This document shows positions 25,300 through 38,310 of a stretch of DNA of 64,000 nt, in pieces. The translations under genes and the position numbers were made by a program. The notes under the pieces were generated by a model, which worked only from the letters and a program-made list of their open reading frames with translations, ran no database searches and was not told the DNA's origin. Every line of letters starts with the position of its first letter. Positions within the stretch are counted from its first letter, which is position 1. This stretch comes from Hemiscyllium ocellatum (taxonomy: Eukaryota): positions 32,164,468-32,228,467 of the forward strand of contig NC_083440.1 in assembly GCF_020745735.1 (NCBI RefSeq), in the 5' to 3' direction.

Positions 25300-28075
25300 T
25301 TATAGGACACAGCAAGGGAGTCAAGGAGGCATAGAAACGATAGGCCGGTAACATCAGAAGGGAGATAGCAATGTTGGATGGTAATTGTTTTAATGACAGA
25401 GTCTGATGAACACAGCAGATGAAATATCGCCATAAATGAGGAAATGATGCAGTTGCTATCACGGAGACATGTTGAGAGCGGGGCAGGAGTGGCTATTCAA
25501 TATTCCAGGATTTAGTGCCTTCAGGCGAGACAGGGAAAGATGGAAAAGGATGGAGGCGGGGGTTTGCGGCAGAGAATGTTGCTTCTGTCGCAATTCTGAC
25601 ACGAGTATTTTAGGCTGTAAAGAGAAATGAAATCATGGATACCTTCTCGAACAAAGGCAAATGGACAGTACTTCAAAACCAAAATACAGCAAACATAACT
25701 ACTGGGAGAGCACGATAGACCTTACTATAGGTCCAAAAGACCAAGTGCAAAGACATGGGCAAATTTCAGAGAAATGTTAATTAAATAGGGGAATGAGAAA
25801 AGAGGTTTTTAACTTCCTCAGCATGGGCTTGGATACTCACTGTGTCAAAAGTTGAGAGGGAGCACAATTCTGAAAATGCCCCCAGGAGAATATTTTAACA
25901 AAGTATGTGTTAATACAGAGAATTTTAATCCAGACCTTGCAAGAAAGGGGTGAACCTGTACTTAACTTTTGGAAATGAAGTCGACCCAGTGGGTAAAACA
26001 TCAATGGTGGTGCAATTTGCAGACAGTGATTGTAAATCAGTTGGATTTCAGATTGTACTGCAAAGGAATAGACATTGGCCCAAAGTTCTGAAAAGGGGAA
26101 GGACAATTTTAGTAAGAACAGGTAATGACTTAACCAGAGTGGACTGGAAGCTGACACTTATTGGTAAATCTGAGTCAGAGCAGTGTGCCACATTTCAGGA
26201 AGAGATAGGAAAATCACAGGGAGGACATTTCCCAGGAAGCCACTGAATAGGACCAAGAATGTAGCGGGCTCTGGACACCAAAGGGCATGGAGGGTGAGAT
26301 AAAGAGAAACAAGGGAGGCTTCCGGTCTATACTGAAATCTCAGAACAGTGGAAATTAGTATGGAGTACAGAATGTGCAAGGGGAAAGGAATTCGAAGAGC
26401 AAAAGGGACCATGAGAAAATAACAGCAGTCAAAATAAAGGAAAATATTTTTAAAAGTTACAGGCTCATTCATGATAAAAGAATTATTCGGGAAACAGTAA
26501 TGCCCATTAAGTGTTATTATTGGTGTGAAGTCGGAGGATTAGGTTGTGATCAAAACGAATGTGTTGTGTCAGTGTTCACTAGTAAGACGGACAATGTGGG
26601 GACAGAAATCATGGAGGGGTGTTGTGATGTACTTTCAGAAATTAGGACACATGACGTGATGTTCTGTGTTGTCTTGCTGAATGAAAAGTGGTTATATTTC
26701 CAGGGCAGATGAAAAGTATACCAAGCGGTTGAGCGATGCAAAGGATGAAATAGTTGGGTCGCTGACAATAATTTAGAATTACTGTCTGGCCACAGCAGTT
26801 GTGCCAAGTGAGTGTAGATCAGCCAACGTTGCACTGTTACGCAGGACAAAGGAAGGGATAAATAATGAAAACACAGATCTGTCAAGCTAGTCTCAGTGGT
26901 AGGGAAACTATTGAAAAGTGAAATTAGTCTTCATTTGGAAGATAAATCAACAATTTTCAGCACGGTTTTATTGAGAGAAAGTCATGTGTTACAATTTGAT
27001 AGTCGTATTCAGAGAGATAACTCGATGTCCAGATGATAGCAATAATCAGAGCCAATGGGATCCGAGTTAATTTCACAGATTGGATCTAGAACTGGCTGAG
27101 TGATGGGAGCAGGGGGTAATAGTCATCGGGTGTCTGTGTGACTGGAAATCTATGTCTCCTGGTGTTCTGTAGGGATTGGTGTTGATTTCCATGTTATTTC
27201 TCTTACATACCAATGATTGAGACTCAAATTTAGGAGGATTAACCAGTGAATTCACAGATGAAATGAAAACTGTCATGTTGGTAAGTCATGAGCATTATGG
27301 CTTTAGATTGCAGGAGGATATAAAAGGGTTGGTTGTATGTGAAGAGAAGTTGCAAATGGAAATTATTCTGGATAAATGTAAGGTGATGTAATTCGGCAGA
27401 AGAATCTGTGAGGTGTGACATTTTGAATGGTGGAACCCTAGAAAGGCCTGAGGATCTTTGGTGCATGTACCCACCGATCCCCTATAGTACTGTGTCGTCT
27501 CGATAAAGAGACTAAGAAGGTGGGAGGATATTTGCTTTTATTAGCCTAGACATTGACAGTGAAGAATAGGGAGATGATACTGGAACTTAATAGAACACTG
27601 GTTAGGCCATACTGAAGCGTTGTGTGCATGTTATCGAAGGAATGTGATTACACTGAAGGCAGTATTGATTAGATTTGCCAGGATCTTGCCTGGGTTGGAG
27701 GGTTTTAGTTATGAAACTAGATGAGATAGACAGGGGTTTTCCTTGGAGCAGAGGAGAATGAGGGAGAAGATTATCATGATGTCTAGAATTATTTTAGGCA
27801 TAGACTGGGTAAACTGGATGAAACCTTTCCCCTTGATTGAGAGATCAATGCCTCAGGGGCACAGGGTGAAGGTAAGGCCAGGAGGTTCCAAGTGGATCTC
27901 AGGGGAAAACAAAATCAAACAGAGGGTGGTGTTAGCCTGGAGCTCAGCACCTATAAGTCATGTAGAAACTGAGCCCCTCATAATAAGTATGAAGTATTGA
28001 GATGCATCCTTGCAAGGGCAAGTCACACAAGGCAATGGATCATGTGCTGGCACATGGGACTGGAATAGTTAGGTG
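25300..28075 (+). mobile_element. Heavily degenerate CR1 LINE filling the CH1-CH2 intron
   Basis: Colinear remnants of endonuclease, RT and 3' end, with many stops and frameshifts. Confidence 0.7.
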
Positions 28076-28220
28076 GCTGTTATTGATAGGCGTAAACTGG
28101 ATGGATCAAAGGACCTTTTTCCTGTACTGTATAAGGTGATTGTGTGAAAATGGTTATAAATAATGCCTTATTCATATTAATCCCAGATGCTCTGTTTATC
28201 TCAGTTCCCACAATACGTAC

Positions 28221-28529
28221 CACATGACATTTCTTTGCTCTTGTGTGAGTGTGACCCGCTGTGTTCAACCTCACAGTAGATTTTGCTGGGGCAATCTAGC
28301 ACTGACCCGGGCAGGGTTAACTCGCTGCTCAGGGTGTAGGTTCCCTTCTTGTTTCTCACTGATGGGTAAGTCTTCAATCCATCCGTGATTAGCTCCCCAC
28401 CTTTCTTCCAGGTTACCTTGGTGACGTCAGGAGAATAGTCCATCACCAAACAACCAAAGATTGTCGAATCGGTGTTGTGCTCCTCACAGGAGGAGACCAG
28501 GCCATAAAGCGTGGGGGGAGATGGTGTCT
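28221..28529 (-). CDS. IGHM: IgM CH1 exon
   Basis: Acceptor TTGTAG|[17 protein letters not shown]...FGCLVMDY...TWKK...IYCEV, donor G|GTACGT. 309 nt, open. Confidence 0.95.
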
Positions 28530-28879
28530 CTACAATAGAATGACCAATTGAGCATGTTAGTTTCTGTTAATTTGACCTTATCAGTTACTCAAATTTATCC
28601 TCAGCTATAACCGTTTGCCAGTATGCTCCCGCTGAAGTCTACAGCATAACTGGAGTTTATTTTTGTTTCCTACCAGTTGCTGATCATGATCATTGGTTCC
28701 CTCTTTAGAAACATGCCCTCGACCTTGACCATTGCCATATCATTTAGGAAGAAGAACATCCTGATCCCACCCCAGGAACTGTTTGAAGATCTCACCAACT
28801 GACACTTTCATTGGATTGCTGTGAAGAGCAGAGAAGTTTCACAAAATACAAACCAAGGAAATGCAGATTCATCGAAATT

Positions 28880-29191
28880 CTACAGTGTGTGCAAACAGGC
28901 CATTTGGCCCAACAAGTCCACACCCACCCTCTGAAAAGAAACACATCCAGACCCATTCCCCTACCCTATTATGCTACAGTCAACCCTGACTAATGCACCT
29001 AACCTCCCAATCACTGAACACAACATTTGCAATTCCCCCAGCTTGTACATCTTTGGACTGTGGGAGGAAATGCACACAGATATGGGGAGAAAGTGCCAAC
29101 TCGACACAGACAGTCACCCGAGGCTGGAATGGAACCCGAGTCCCTAGCACTGTGAGGCAGCAGCGCTAACCACAGAACCAGCGTGCCGCCC
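28880..29191 (-). mobile_element. HE1-type SINE
   Basis: Same consensus as 14415-14700. Confidence 0.8.
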
Positions 29192-29624
29192 CACTAGGTA
29201 CCCTGCTTCTGGAAATACCCAACAGCTGGCAGTACCCCCGGAGTGAAATCAGAGTGAATCATAGAACATAGAACATTACAGGGCAGTACAGGCCCTTCGG
29301 CCCTCGATGTTGTGCTGCTCTGACATACTCATATGAAGCCCATCCCACCTACACTATTCCATGTACATCCATATGCCTTTCCAATGACAACTTAAATGTA
29401 TTTAAACTTGGCAAATCTACGACCGTTGCAGGCAAAGCATTCCATACCCTTACTACACAATCAGTAAAGAAACTACCTCTGCCATCTGTCTTCTACCTAT
29501 CTCCCCTCACTTTAAAGTTGTGTCCCCTCGTGTTTGCCATCCCCATTTTTGGAAATCAGGTCCAGTGAGCCTTCCTCACTTATCACTGCAAGGCAGAATG
29601 TTCTCTCTGGGAGGAAGGTCACTG

Positions 29625-29648
29625 CAGCAGCAGCAGCAGCAGCAGCAG
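29625..29648. repeat. (CAG)8 microsatellite
   Basis: Read directly from the sequence. Confidence 0.9.
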
Positions 29649-30034
29649 CACAGGCAGGAGCTGAGCACTGGGACGGGGAGGATGGCTGTCACGGCTGAAC
29701 TCAGGCCAATTGGCTGGAAGTTGAAACATCTCATTTACAATGATCTGAATTCTGGAGGCCTCTGAAAAATGGAGAACCATTAAGGTTCAGAGACTTTGGA
29801 GTGTTACAGCTGAGTATTTACGGAAATATGATTTGAGAAATGAACAAGTAATCTTTAACTTTAATAACTATCAAATTGATACGCAGTTCACCACCAAACC
29901 TCGTCTTTCAGACTAACCACTACACTTACTCTGCCTAGACCTAAATTTCCACTCACATTGACAAAACCTACCCTGCTATACACCCGGAACACACAACCCC
30001 TATCACACAAGACACATCCAAGGCAATCCATATT

Positions 30035-30705
30035 GGTAGTGTAGCTGAGCAGAGAGATCTCGGTGCCCATGTACATAGATCCCTAAAAGTTGCCAGCCAG
30101 TTTGATAGAGTTGTTAAGAAGGCATACTTTGCGCTGGCTTTCATCGATAGAGGGACTGAGTTTCAGAACCACGAGGTTAGGTTGCAGCTGTACAAAACTC
30201 TGGTGTGGCTGCACTTGGAGTATTGTGTACTGTTCTGGTCACCACATTATAGAGAGGATGTGGAAGCTTTGGAAGAGTTCAGAGGAGGTTTCCCAGGATG
30301 TTGTTTCGTATGGCGGGAAGGTTTAATGAGGAAAGGATGAGGGTCTTGAGGCTGTTTTTGTTTGAGAGAAGAAGGTTGAGAGGTGACTTAATTGAGACAT
30401 AAAAGATAAACAGAGGGTGGACAGTGAAAGTTTTTTTCCTTGAATAGTGATGGCTAGCAGAAGAGGATATAGATGACAGATGTCAGAGGTTGTTTCTTTA
30501 CTCAGAGAGTAGTAGGGCCATGGAACGCACTGCCTGCAACAATAGTACACTCGCCAACTTTAAGGGCATTTAAAAGGTCATTGGATAAACATATGGATGA
30601 AAATGGAATAGTGTAGGATAGATAGGCTTCAGATTGGTTCCACAGGTCAGCGCAGCATTGAGGGCTGAAGGGCCTGTACTGCACTGTAATCTTCTATATT
30701 CTATA
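30035..30705 (+). mobile_element. CR1 3' portion
   Basis: RDLG.HVHRSLK-type RT C-terminus and 3' UTR with a TTCTAT tail. Confidence 0.8.
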
Positions 30706-32207
30706 TTCCAGATGGACATATGATCTCAATTCCTTTCAGTCATTTACACTCCTGCCACCCTGCACCTGGCCCATGGCGAATCTGGCCCTGACTGGACCTG
30801 GCACCATCATTTTCACAACCTCTGACAAAAGCCCACTACCCAAGACATGACCTCAACCCTTGATCACTGACCTCTCATCTTACCCAAGACAACCTGTGCA
30901 CATTGCATCCTAGCTCCTTTGGCATCTGTGCTTTACAACCTACCATTTTGCCAGACTCCGAGCTTGGCATTTTGACAACACGTCCACCTGTCACTTCATT
31001 CCAGTGACCTTCCACCCCCGAAACATCCTGGCACTCTGCCCACCTCTACACTAACCAGCCTGGCATCCTGCCCACCTCTCCATAAACCAGCCTGGCAAAG
31101 ACAGACCTCCTGCATTTCAGCTCAAACTACCCCTCACCTACCAAGCACAATTCGACCAAATTATCCTGTGACCATTACCATTTACCTTGATGCCACCTTT
31201 TGCCAGACAGAGTGCACACAAGCTTACCCAGCAGACAGCCAACCAGCCTCCCAGCCCAAACTCTCCCACATGCCCAATCTAGCCCCTCACTTGCTCACCA
31301 CCTTCCAACTTTGAGCCAACTCCACCATAAAGTCAGTGAGTCATAAAGTCGTACAGCACAGAAACAGTTCCTTTGGTCCAGCTCAGCCATGCTGACCAGA
31401 GTTCCCAAATTAAACTCATTCCACTTGCCTGCCTTTGGCCCATATCCATCCAGACCGATCCAGTTCCTGTAGCTGTTCAAATGTCTTCTCAATGTGGGAC
31501 CTATCTGCACTTCCCGCTTCCTCTGGCAGTTCATTCCAATGTTTTGGACAGTTACAACATGAAGCCCTAACTCCTGCACTCAGTGCTCTGACCAATGAAG
31601 GTACATGCGCCAAACACCTTCAACACACTAGGTACTTGAGACAACGCTTTCAAGAATCGATGAGTCTTGAATCTATGAATTTCTGTGGTGGAGAATTCCA
31701 AAAGAATTCACCATTATTTTGTTGAACAGGAAACAATCAGGTTCAATGCTATCGAGTGTTGGGAAGACTGGTGAGCAGCAAGATTAATGATGATCCCATG
31801 AATGGAATAGCCTTCTAGAGAGGCCGAGATGCCTTCTTCAGTTTCCATTTTGCATGCTGACATGTCCCTTTGGCAGCATGTTCCAAAATTGTGATCCTTG
31901 AGGATAAGGGCACACATGCATGTAAAGCTTTCCTCCAAATCAGACTTCAGCTTGACTCTCAACTATTTTCCTGCCCGTTTCCTCTTCCTCAATCACAGCC
32001 ATGGGACTCACTTCCTAACAGCGCTGTGAATGTGCTAATACCACACAAACTTCAGCAATTCAAATAGACTGATGACAACTGGTTTCTCAAGGCGATATAA
32101 AAAGTCTGACACTTCCACACCTGTCTAGAGATTGAAACAACCACTGGAAGAATTGAAAATTATTTGAGGTACTTGTGTGTCTTCACAAGATGACATGGTT
32201 TCCTTTT

Positions 32208-32410
32208 TTAAAAATCACACAACACCAGGTTATAGTCCAACAGGTTTAATTGGAAGCAAACTACCTTTCAGAGCGACACTCCAATATCACCTGACAAAGG
32301 AGCGTCGCTCCGAAAGCTGGTGTGCTTCCAATTAAACCTGTTGGACTATAATCTGGTGTTGTGTGATTTTTAACTTTGTACACCCCAGTCCAACACCAGC
32401 ATCTCCAAAT
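32208..32410. mobile_element. Short inverted-repeat insertion with hammerhead-like core (family B)
   Basis: ~49-bp inverted arms AATCACACAACACCAGG.../...CTGGTGTTGTGTGATT, core CTGACAA-A-GGAGC-gtc-GCTCC-GAAA-GCT, ~14-bp flanking direct repeat. Confidence 0.8.
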
Positions 32411-32511
32411 CATGGTTTTCTTTTGTGTGATTTGACTGTGTTTTCACTGAATGAACAGAGCTATTTCTTAATCATATAATAGGAATGAAGCTTCCCTCAT
32501 TTATAGCAACT

Positions 32512-32683
32512 GCTGAAAATGTGTTGCTGGAAAAGCGCAGCAGGTCAGGCAGCATCCAAGGAGCCCTTCCTGAAGAAGGGCTCATGCCCGAAACATCGAT
32601 TCTCCTGCTCCTTGGATGCTACCTGACCTGCTGCGCTTTTCCAGCAACACATTTTCAGCTCTGATCTGCAGTCCTCACTTCCT
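32512..32683. mobile_element. Short inverted-repeat insertion with hammerhead-like core (family A)
   Basis: 53-bp inverted arms (32512-32564, 32607-32659), core CTGAAGA-A-GGGC-tcat-GCCC-GAAA, 15-bp flanking direct repeat with one mismatch. Confidence 0.8.
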
Positions 32684-35359
32684 CCTCATTTTTAGCAAGG
32701 CAATCACACATTATCTTTCTTGATTCCAGGGAAGTATGGTGTTAAATTAATGAAATATGATGATTGGGATGTTTCAATTGGAAATTGTCAGAGATCTAAA
32801 GTTTACTTTCATGAGCAATTAATTCCAGCCTCATTGTGTCACAGTACTCACAGGAATGTCTTTCAGAAATGGTGTCTCCCTTTGTTATGGGCAGTCGAAT
32901 CAGTAAATCTGGGATAGTTTTTGCTTGTTAAACAAAGGTGTTAAAGAGTTTTAGCCAAAGGGAGACCTGTGGATTTAGCTCACAGATGCACCATGATCTA
33001 AGTAAGTGGTGGAACAGCTCGAGGGGCTGAGTGCCCTCCTCTTGTTCCTACCTTCCTATCATTGTGTCACTCATTAAGCTAGCACTGGCCGTGAATACTT
33101 TTTATTAAAATATTTCAACAAATTAAAAAAAACTACTGTTGATTATTTGGAACGGGATCATTGACATTCTCTATTTGAGTGATCAAAATAACCTCCACCC
33201 AATTACAGCAGCCACTGCACTCTGCAGTGTGTTGTTACTTCATAATAGTTTCTTGTGAAACTACAACTCAAGATCGGGGCACTAAATTCAATAATACCTC
33301 TGAACATTCGCAATTTGTTCAAATGCATCTTTTCTCTGAAGAACGTGTTTAATCGAACAGAACTTTTTTCAATGAAACAACAACTTTAAATGCTAGAAAA
33401 CCAAAATAAAGACAGAAACTTCTGAAGAAACTCAGCAGGTCTAGCAGCTCCTGTGGAGAGAAGGCAAGGTTAACCTTTCGCATCCAAAGACCCCCTCTTC
33501 ACCAAATTGTTGTCATGTTTTTGGTACAACAGCTCACATCTGTTGAGATAAACAGTGATTGTGTTGGCTTGACTCCTGTTGGAAACAGAATTCTTAGCAG
33601 AGGTACTGGATGGTCTGAGATAGCAATGGAAGACCGACAGAAAAGCTATCATCATCTGCTGCAAGTGTTGGATTCAGCAGAACCCTCACCGTACTGAACT
33701 ATCAAATTCAGCTACAGCACTGGTTTAATATAAAGTAAAACAGCCTCAGCATCATCTCATCAAATATACTTTGAAAATGATTCATTCTGGATTAGTTATA
33801 AATGATATTGTTACAACAGCAAGTCAAAAGCTGGGATTTCTTTGAGCACTAACTCCATTATTCCCATCTAGCGATGCCCAAAAGCTTGTGAACAAATATT
33901 GATCTGGAAAAAGCTGCTAACCACCAAAATTCTGTTTAATATCTAAGAGACACAAGTCAGGACAGCGACTGAATAGATTTCACTGGCCTCTGTGAGTGGA
34001 ATTCCAACAAACACCCAAACATCTCAATCTGCTTTCTTGCATTGAAGTAACCTGATAAGAGATGGTGTTACATACCTCTTTAACAGGTTGTAAGTGAACA
34101 CAGGCCACTTGGCACAGAATCAGGGACCCTACTATAACTTCACAACAGACCTGAACACAATGAGCTCGACACTATCACGGAGAACATAGCCCACCTGTTT
34201 GACAGTACATAAACCATGTTAGTTATTAACACCTTCCAACAACCAGGGATTGTTCCAGAATGTTTGTACAATGAAAGTAACATTTCAACATTTATCCAAG
34301 AATACTTTGACAGCAGCTCCAAATTGTTCAAACTCTATGGGAACCACAGAGCAATAAAACTAGGAATTGCATTGCCATCAATTCACTGTCACTGGATTCC
34401 AACCTCGAACTCCCTTCCTCTTTCCCCTGAGAATGTTGCTGCACCAGACGGTCTACTGAGTTTGAAAAAGTTTAAAATGTTTTGAAGTGTACTATGACCG
34501 TTGCCAGTGACATTAAAAGCTGATAATAGGTTTTCAAATAATAAGATGCAAAAAAAATTCTGATTCTACATTGTGCCACGAAACATCTCCTGCATAACTG
34601 AGGCACAAAGAAAATATGCAGCATATTTCCCTCTGCCTCGCTCAATCAAATATCTCTTGTTGCCAACAACCAATTTCAAAACTCTTGCTATCTGCCTTTT
34701 GTTCCTGAAACGTTTGTTGTGATTGGAACAACTTAGTCAGGGCTCTCAATTCTGAGGAACCTATTGCATTTCTGGCAGACAAAAGTGGTTTTGAAGCGTG
34801 AGATGAAATTGAACTGTCTGAGATTCAGGTACCCGAACTGGACAATTTACAAATGGTCAGGACCGTTGACAAGTTAGTCAGAGATAGCACTGAAACAAAC
34901 TGTACAACAGACTTAATCCTAGAGGATACATTGCTCAACTCCTCACGTCAAATATATTCACTCTAAGTGAATATTCGTCAGAACTAACCAGTGGATTAAT
35001 GTGAATGAGAATGTGTTCACAATGAACATAAATAACCACTGAATTAATAAACTTAATAAGTCATTGCATTTAACAAAATTATTGAGGTGGGAAATATCAC
35101 CAATTAAAGCACAGATCTGGAAGAAATGGGTTATTCTCTAAATTATTTTTACATATTCTTAAAATGTTCCTTGAACTGTGGAGATTTTGCATGCACTGCA
35201 TAAACAATACTGCATTCCAGTGTGGAAAGCATTTCTGTTGAAGGAATTAGGGCAAGGTTATTTTCTTGTTAACTGCTTTTAATGAACTAAAATGTTTAAA
35301 AAGGTATGAATTGAAAACATGCTTCTGTCTGGAATTGCCCACTTTAAGTGATGTCTTAG

Positions 35360-35655
35360 TAAATGTGGCACTGCTGCCTCACAGATCCAGGTACCCAGGC
35401 TCGGTTCCAGCCTCGGGTGACTGCCTATGTGGAGTTTACACAATCTCCCCTGTGTCTGTGTGGATTTCCTCCCACAATCCAAAGATGTGCATGTCAGGTG
35501 AACTGGTCATGCTATATTGTCTATAGTGTTAGGTGCATTAGTCAGGGGTAAATATAGGGTAGGGAAATGGGTCTGGGTGGGTTACTCTTCAGAGGGTAGG
35601 TGCGGACTTGTTGGGCCAAATGGCCCGATACATACTGTAGGAAATCTAATCTAAA
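35360..35655 (+). mobile_element. HE1-type SINE
   Basis: Consensus body and AATCT tail. Confidence 0.8.
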
Positions 35656-35899
35656 TGATTGTCACACTTAACTAATGTGAGCAGATTCCTTCCGATTGCT
35701 ACATTGCAATAAATCGGTCAAGTATATTAATTAAAATAAATATTACTCTATTTTCAGTGTCTGAATAAACAATGTGCTCTGTTATCCTCTAGTTCATGTC
35801 TTCTGCAAATTTGTGAACTCTGCATCCGCCTGAACTCATCGATGTAAAATGAATTCTCTGCGTTTGCAGCAAGTTCCCCCATGGTTTAAGAGGAGAGTT

Positions 35900-36238
35900 C
35901 CTACAGTATGGAAACAGGCCATTTGGCCCAACAATTCCACACTGACCCTCTGTTCAGTAAGTAGCCCACCCAGACCCATTCCCCCTAATTTATATTTGCC
36001 CCTGACTAATGCACCCTAACATACACATCCCTGAACAATATGGCTGTGCTCAATTGCACAATCACCTGACCTGCACTTCTTTTAGACTGTGGTAGGAAAC
36101 CGGAGTGCCCGAAGGAAACCCACGCAGACACAGGGAGAATGTGCAAACTCCACACAGGCAGTCACCCGAGGGTGGAATCAAATTTGGGACCCTGGTGCTG
36201 TGAGGCAGCAATGCCAATCACTGAGCCACCATGCTGCC
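35900..36238 (-). mobile_element. HE1-type SINE
   Basis: Consensus body, inverted relative to the copy at 35360. Confidence 0.82.
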
Positions 36239-37477
36239 CTGCGAGTTCATGAGTGGATTACTTTAATTAATTCGAAATTTGGCCTTGGTCACATAACTCA
36301 CTATAGCAGTTGTTTCCGGAAGAATGACTCTTCAGTTGATATTTTGTTGTAAAATGTAACTATTTATTAAAAATGCACAGATTGGGAACACCTAAAGCAC
36401 TGTGCAGGTTAAATAATTCAGTTCATGTTTTATTTTTATCCTGCAAATCCAGTTTAATCAGGGACATAACAATTAATTAACTCAAGTTATGTGTGAAACT
36501 GATCAAAGCAGTGAAACTGATCTGTTCTTCATAGAATTGAGCAGAATTTCCAAACGGTCTTTGCCAATGATCTTTTCCAGCCAGAAAAATATGTATGTCG
36601 TGTACAGCGGAATTGAAAGGTGTTTCTTGATCAATTATAGCACAGTCATGGCATTTTTGCTCAAGAGCAAGAACTATTAGAACATTAGACTTTTGAAATT
36701 CTATTTATATTTCTCTATGAGTGTAAACTGTTTAAAGACAGACATTGTGATTGAACTAGATAGTTGAGTTTTGAATTTGGATTGTAAAGCATGGATTAGA
36801 TTAATCCTTAATTATTTATTTTTTAAGTAAAAATGGTGCCTGAAGGTATCTGTTTTCCCTTCATTTCTAAAACCTTTGCGATTTGCCTTTCACTTAATAA
36901 TAGACTTTATGAAATTTTAACTCGCATGCTGATTGCATTGAATGAGGAAAGAGCAGTTCACTGTCACCAACCGTGTTAACATTGCAAAAACAATGTAGAA
37001 ACCAGAAACAGTTTCCCAAATATAACACATTTAATGTTACCCAAGCACAGTCCCTCCTCAACAGATCAACGACCACCAGATCACAACACGGTGTGTTTGC
37101 AGCAGAACTAGCTCTGCAAACATTTTCAACAGAACCAAGAACATGATGTAACCTCACAAAAAAACCAAATTGAAGTCTAACAAAGCTGATCAGAATCAAG
37201 CAAACTAATGATTAAATTGAATAGAAATAACAAGTCATAACAGCAACCTTGTTGGTGAGGGGACTTGACACTTAAAACTGTAACATTTCTGGCAATAGTT
37301 CAATTTACTTCCAACCTGCACACCCTTCCTGATCATGACAATCTTCTGCAGTGCACAGTAGAGTGGGGTTGAAGGCAGAAATTGATAATTAATTCATGGT
37401 CAAAGCAAAATTACTGAATGGACAAATATTACCACATTATAATTTTAAGTTAGTTTCAATTACGTAATCTGATCAAT

Positions 37478-37779
37478 TTAGATTAGATTACTTACAGTGC
37501 GGAAACAGGCCCTTCGGCCCAACAAGTCCACTCCGACCCGCCGTAGCGCAACCCCTACATTTTCCCCTTACCTAACACTACGGACAATTTAGCAAGGCCA
37601 ATTCACCTGACGCGCACATCTTTGGACTGTGGGAGGAAACCGGAGCACCCGGAGGAAACCCACGCAGACACGGGGAGAACGTGCAAACTCCACGCAGTCA
37701 GTCGCCTGAGTCGGGAATTGAACCCGGGTCTCAGGCGCTGTGAAGCAGCAGTGCTAACCACTGTGCCACCGTGCCACCC
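37478..37779 (-). mobile_element. HE1-type SINE, young (CpGs retained)
   Basis: Near-consensus copy with TTAGA tail. Confidence 0.9.
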
Positions 37780-38159
37780 ACCAATTCTGCAGTTTCAGAT
37801 TTTAGTCCCAAATTTTATTTTGAATGAGGCTACTCAAAACAAAATTCAGTTAGTTTACAATTAGAACTGAGTTTTTTAAAAAGTCAATGCATTAAAAACT
37901 CGTTTTTTTTCATTTCTCACACTTCCGGGTTTCTGCCTTAAGTTGTTTTTCAGACCGTTACAAATGGATGTAATGTTTTCAATCAAGCAGAGAAAAATGT
38001 GTCATATAAGTTTAACAAATGCAGAAATGATTCATGAAAAACAAAAGAACTTCACAAATATTGGGAATGAAAAGTAATCCAGAGAGTCAATCTCCTCACC
38101 AGAAAGAAAACACCAACTCAGAAAGCATGAAAACGCAGATCAATTTCACAAACTGAATA

Positions 38160-38310
38160 AGAATCCAATCAACTCAATTCAACAGAATCAAGGAAAATAA
38201 AATCAGAATCCAATCAACTCAAAACAACAGATTTGAATGAAACATAATCAGAATCCAACCAATTCAATTCAACAGAATCAAGTAAAACAAACTCAGAATC
38301 TAATCAACAG
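38160..38310. repeat. 45-bp minisatellite, about 3.3 copies
   Basis: Units start at 38160, 38205, 38250 and 38295 with AGAATCCAATCAACTCAA. Confidence 0.85.

Noticed and set aside
29520-29765. ORF with a polyglutamine run
   Set aside because: It begins in a CR1 fragment, is antisense within the J-CH1 intron, and is explained by a (CAG)8 microsatellite.
38160-38310. Regularly spaced repeats resembling a CRISPR array
   Set aside because: Vertebrate DNA, contiguous tandem units, no unique spacers and no cas genes.
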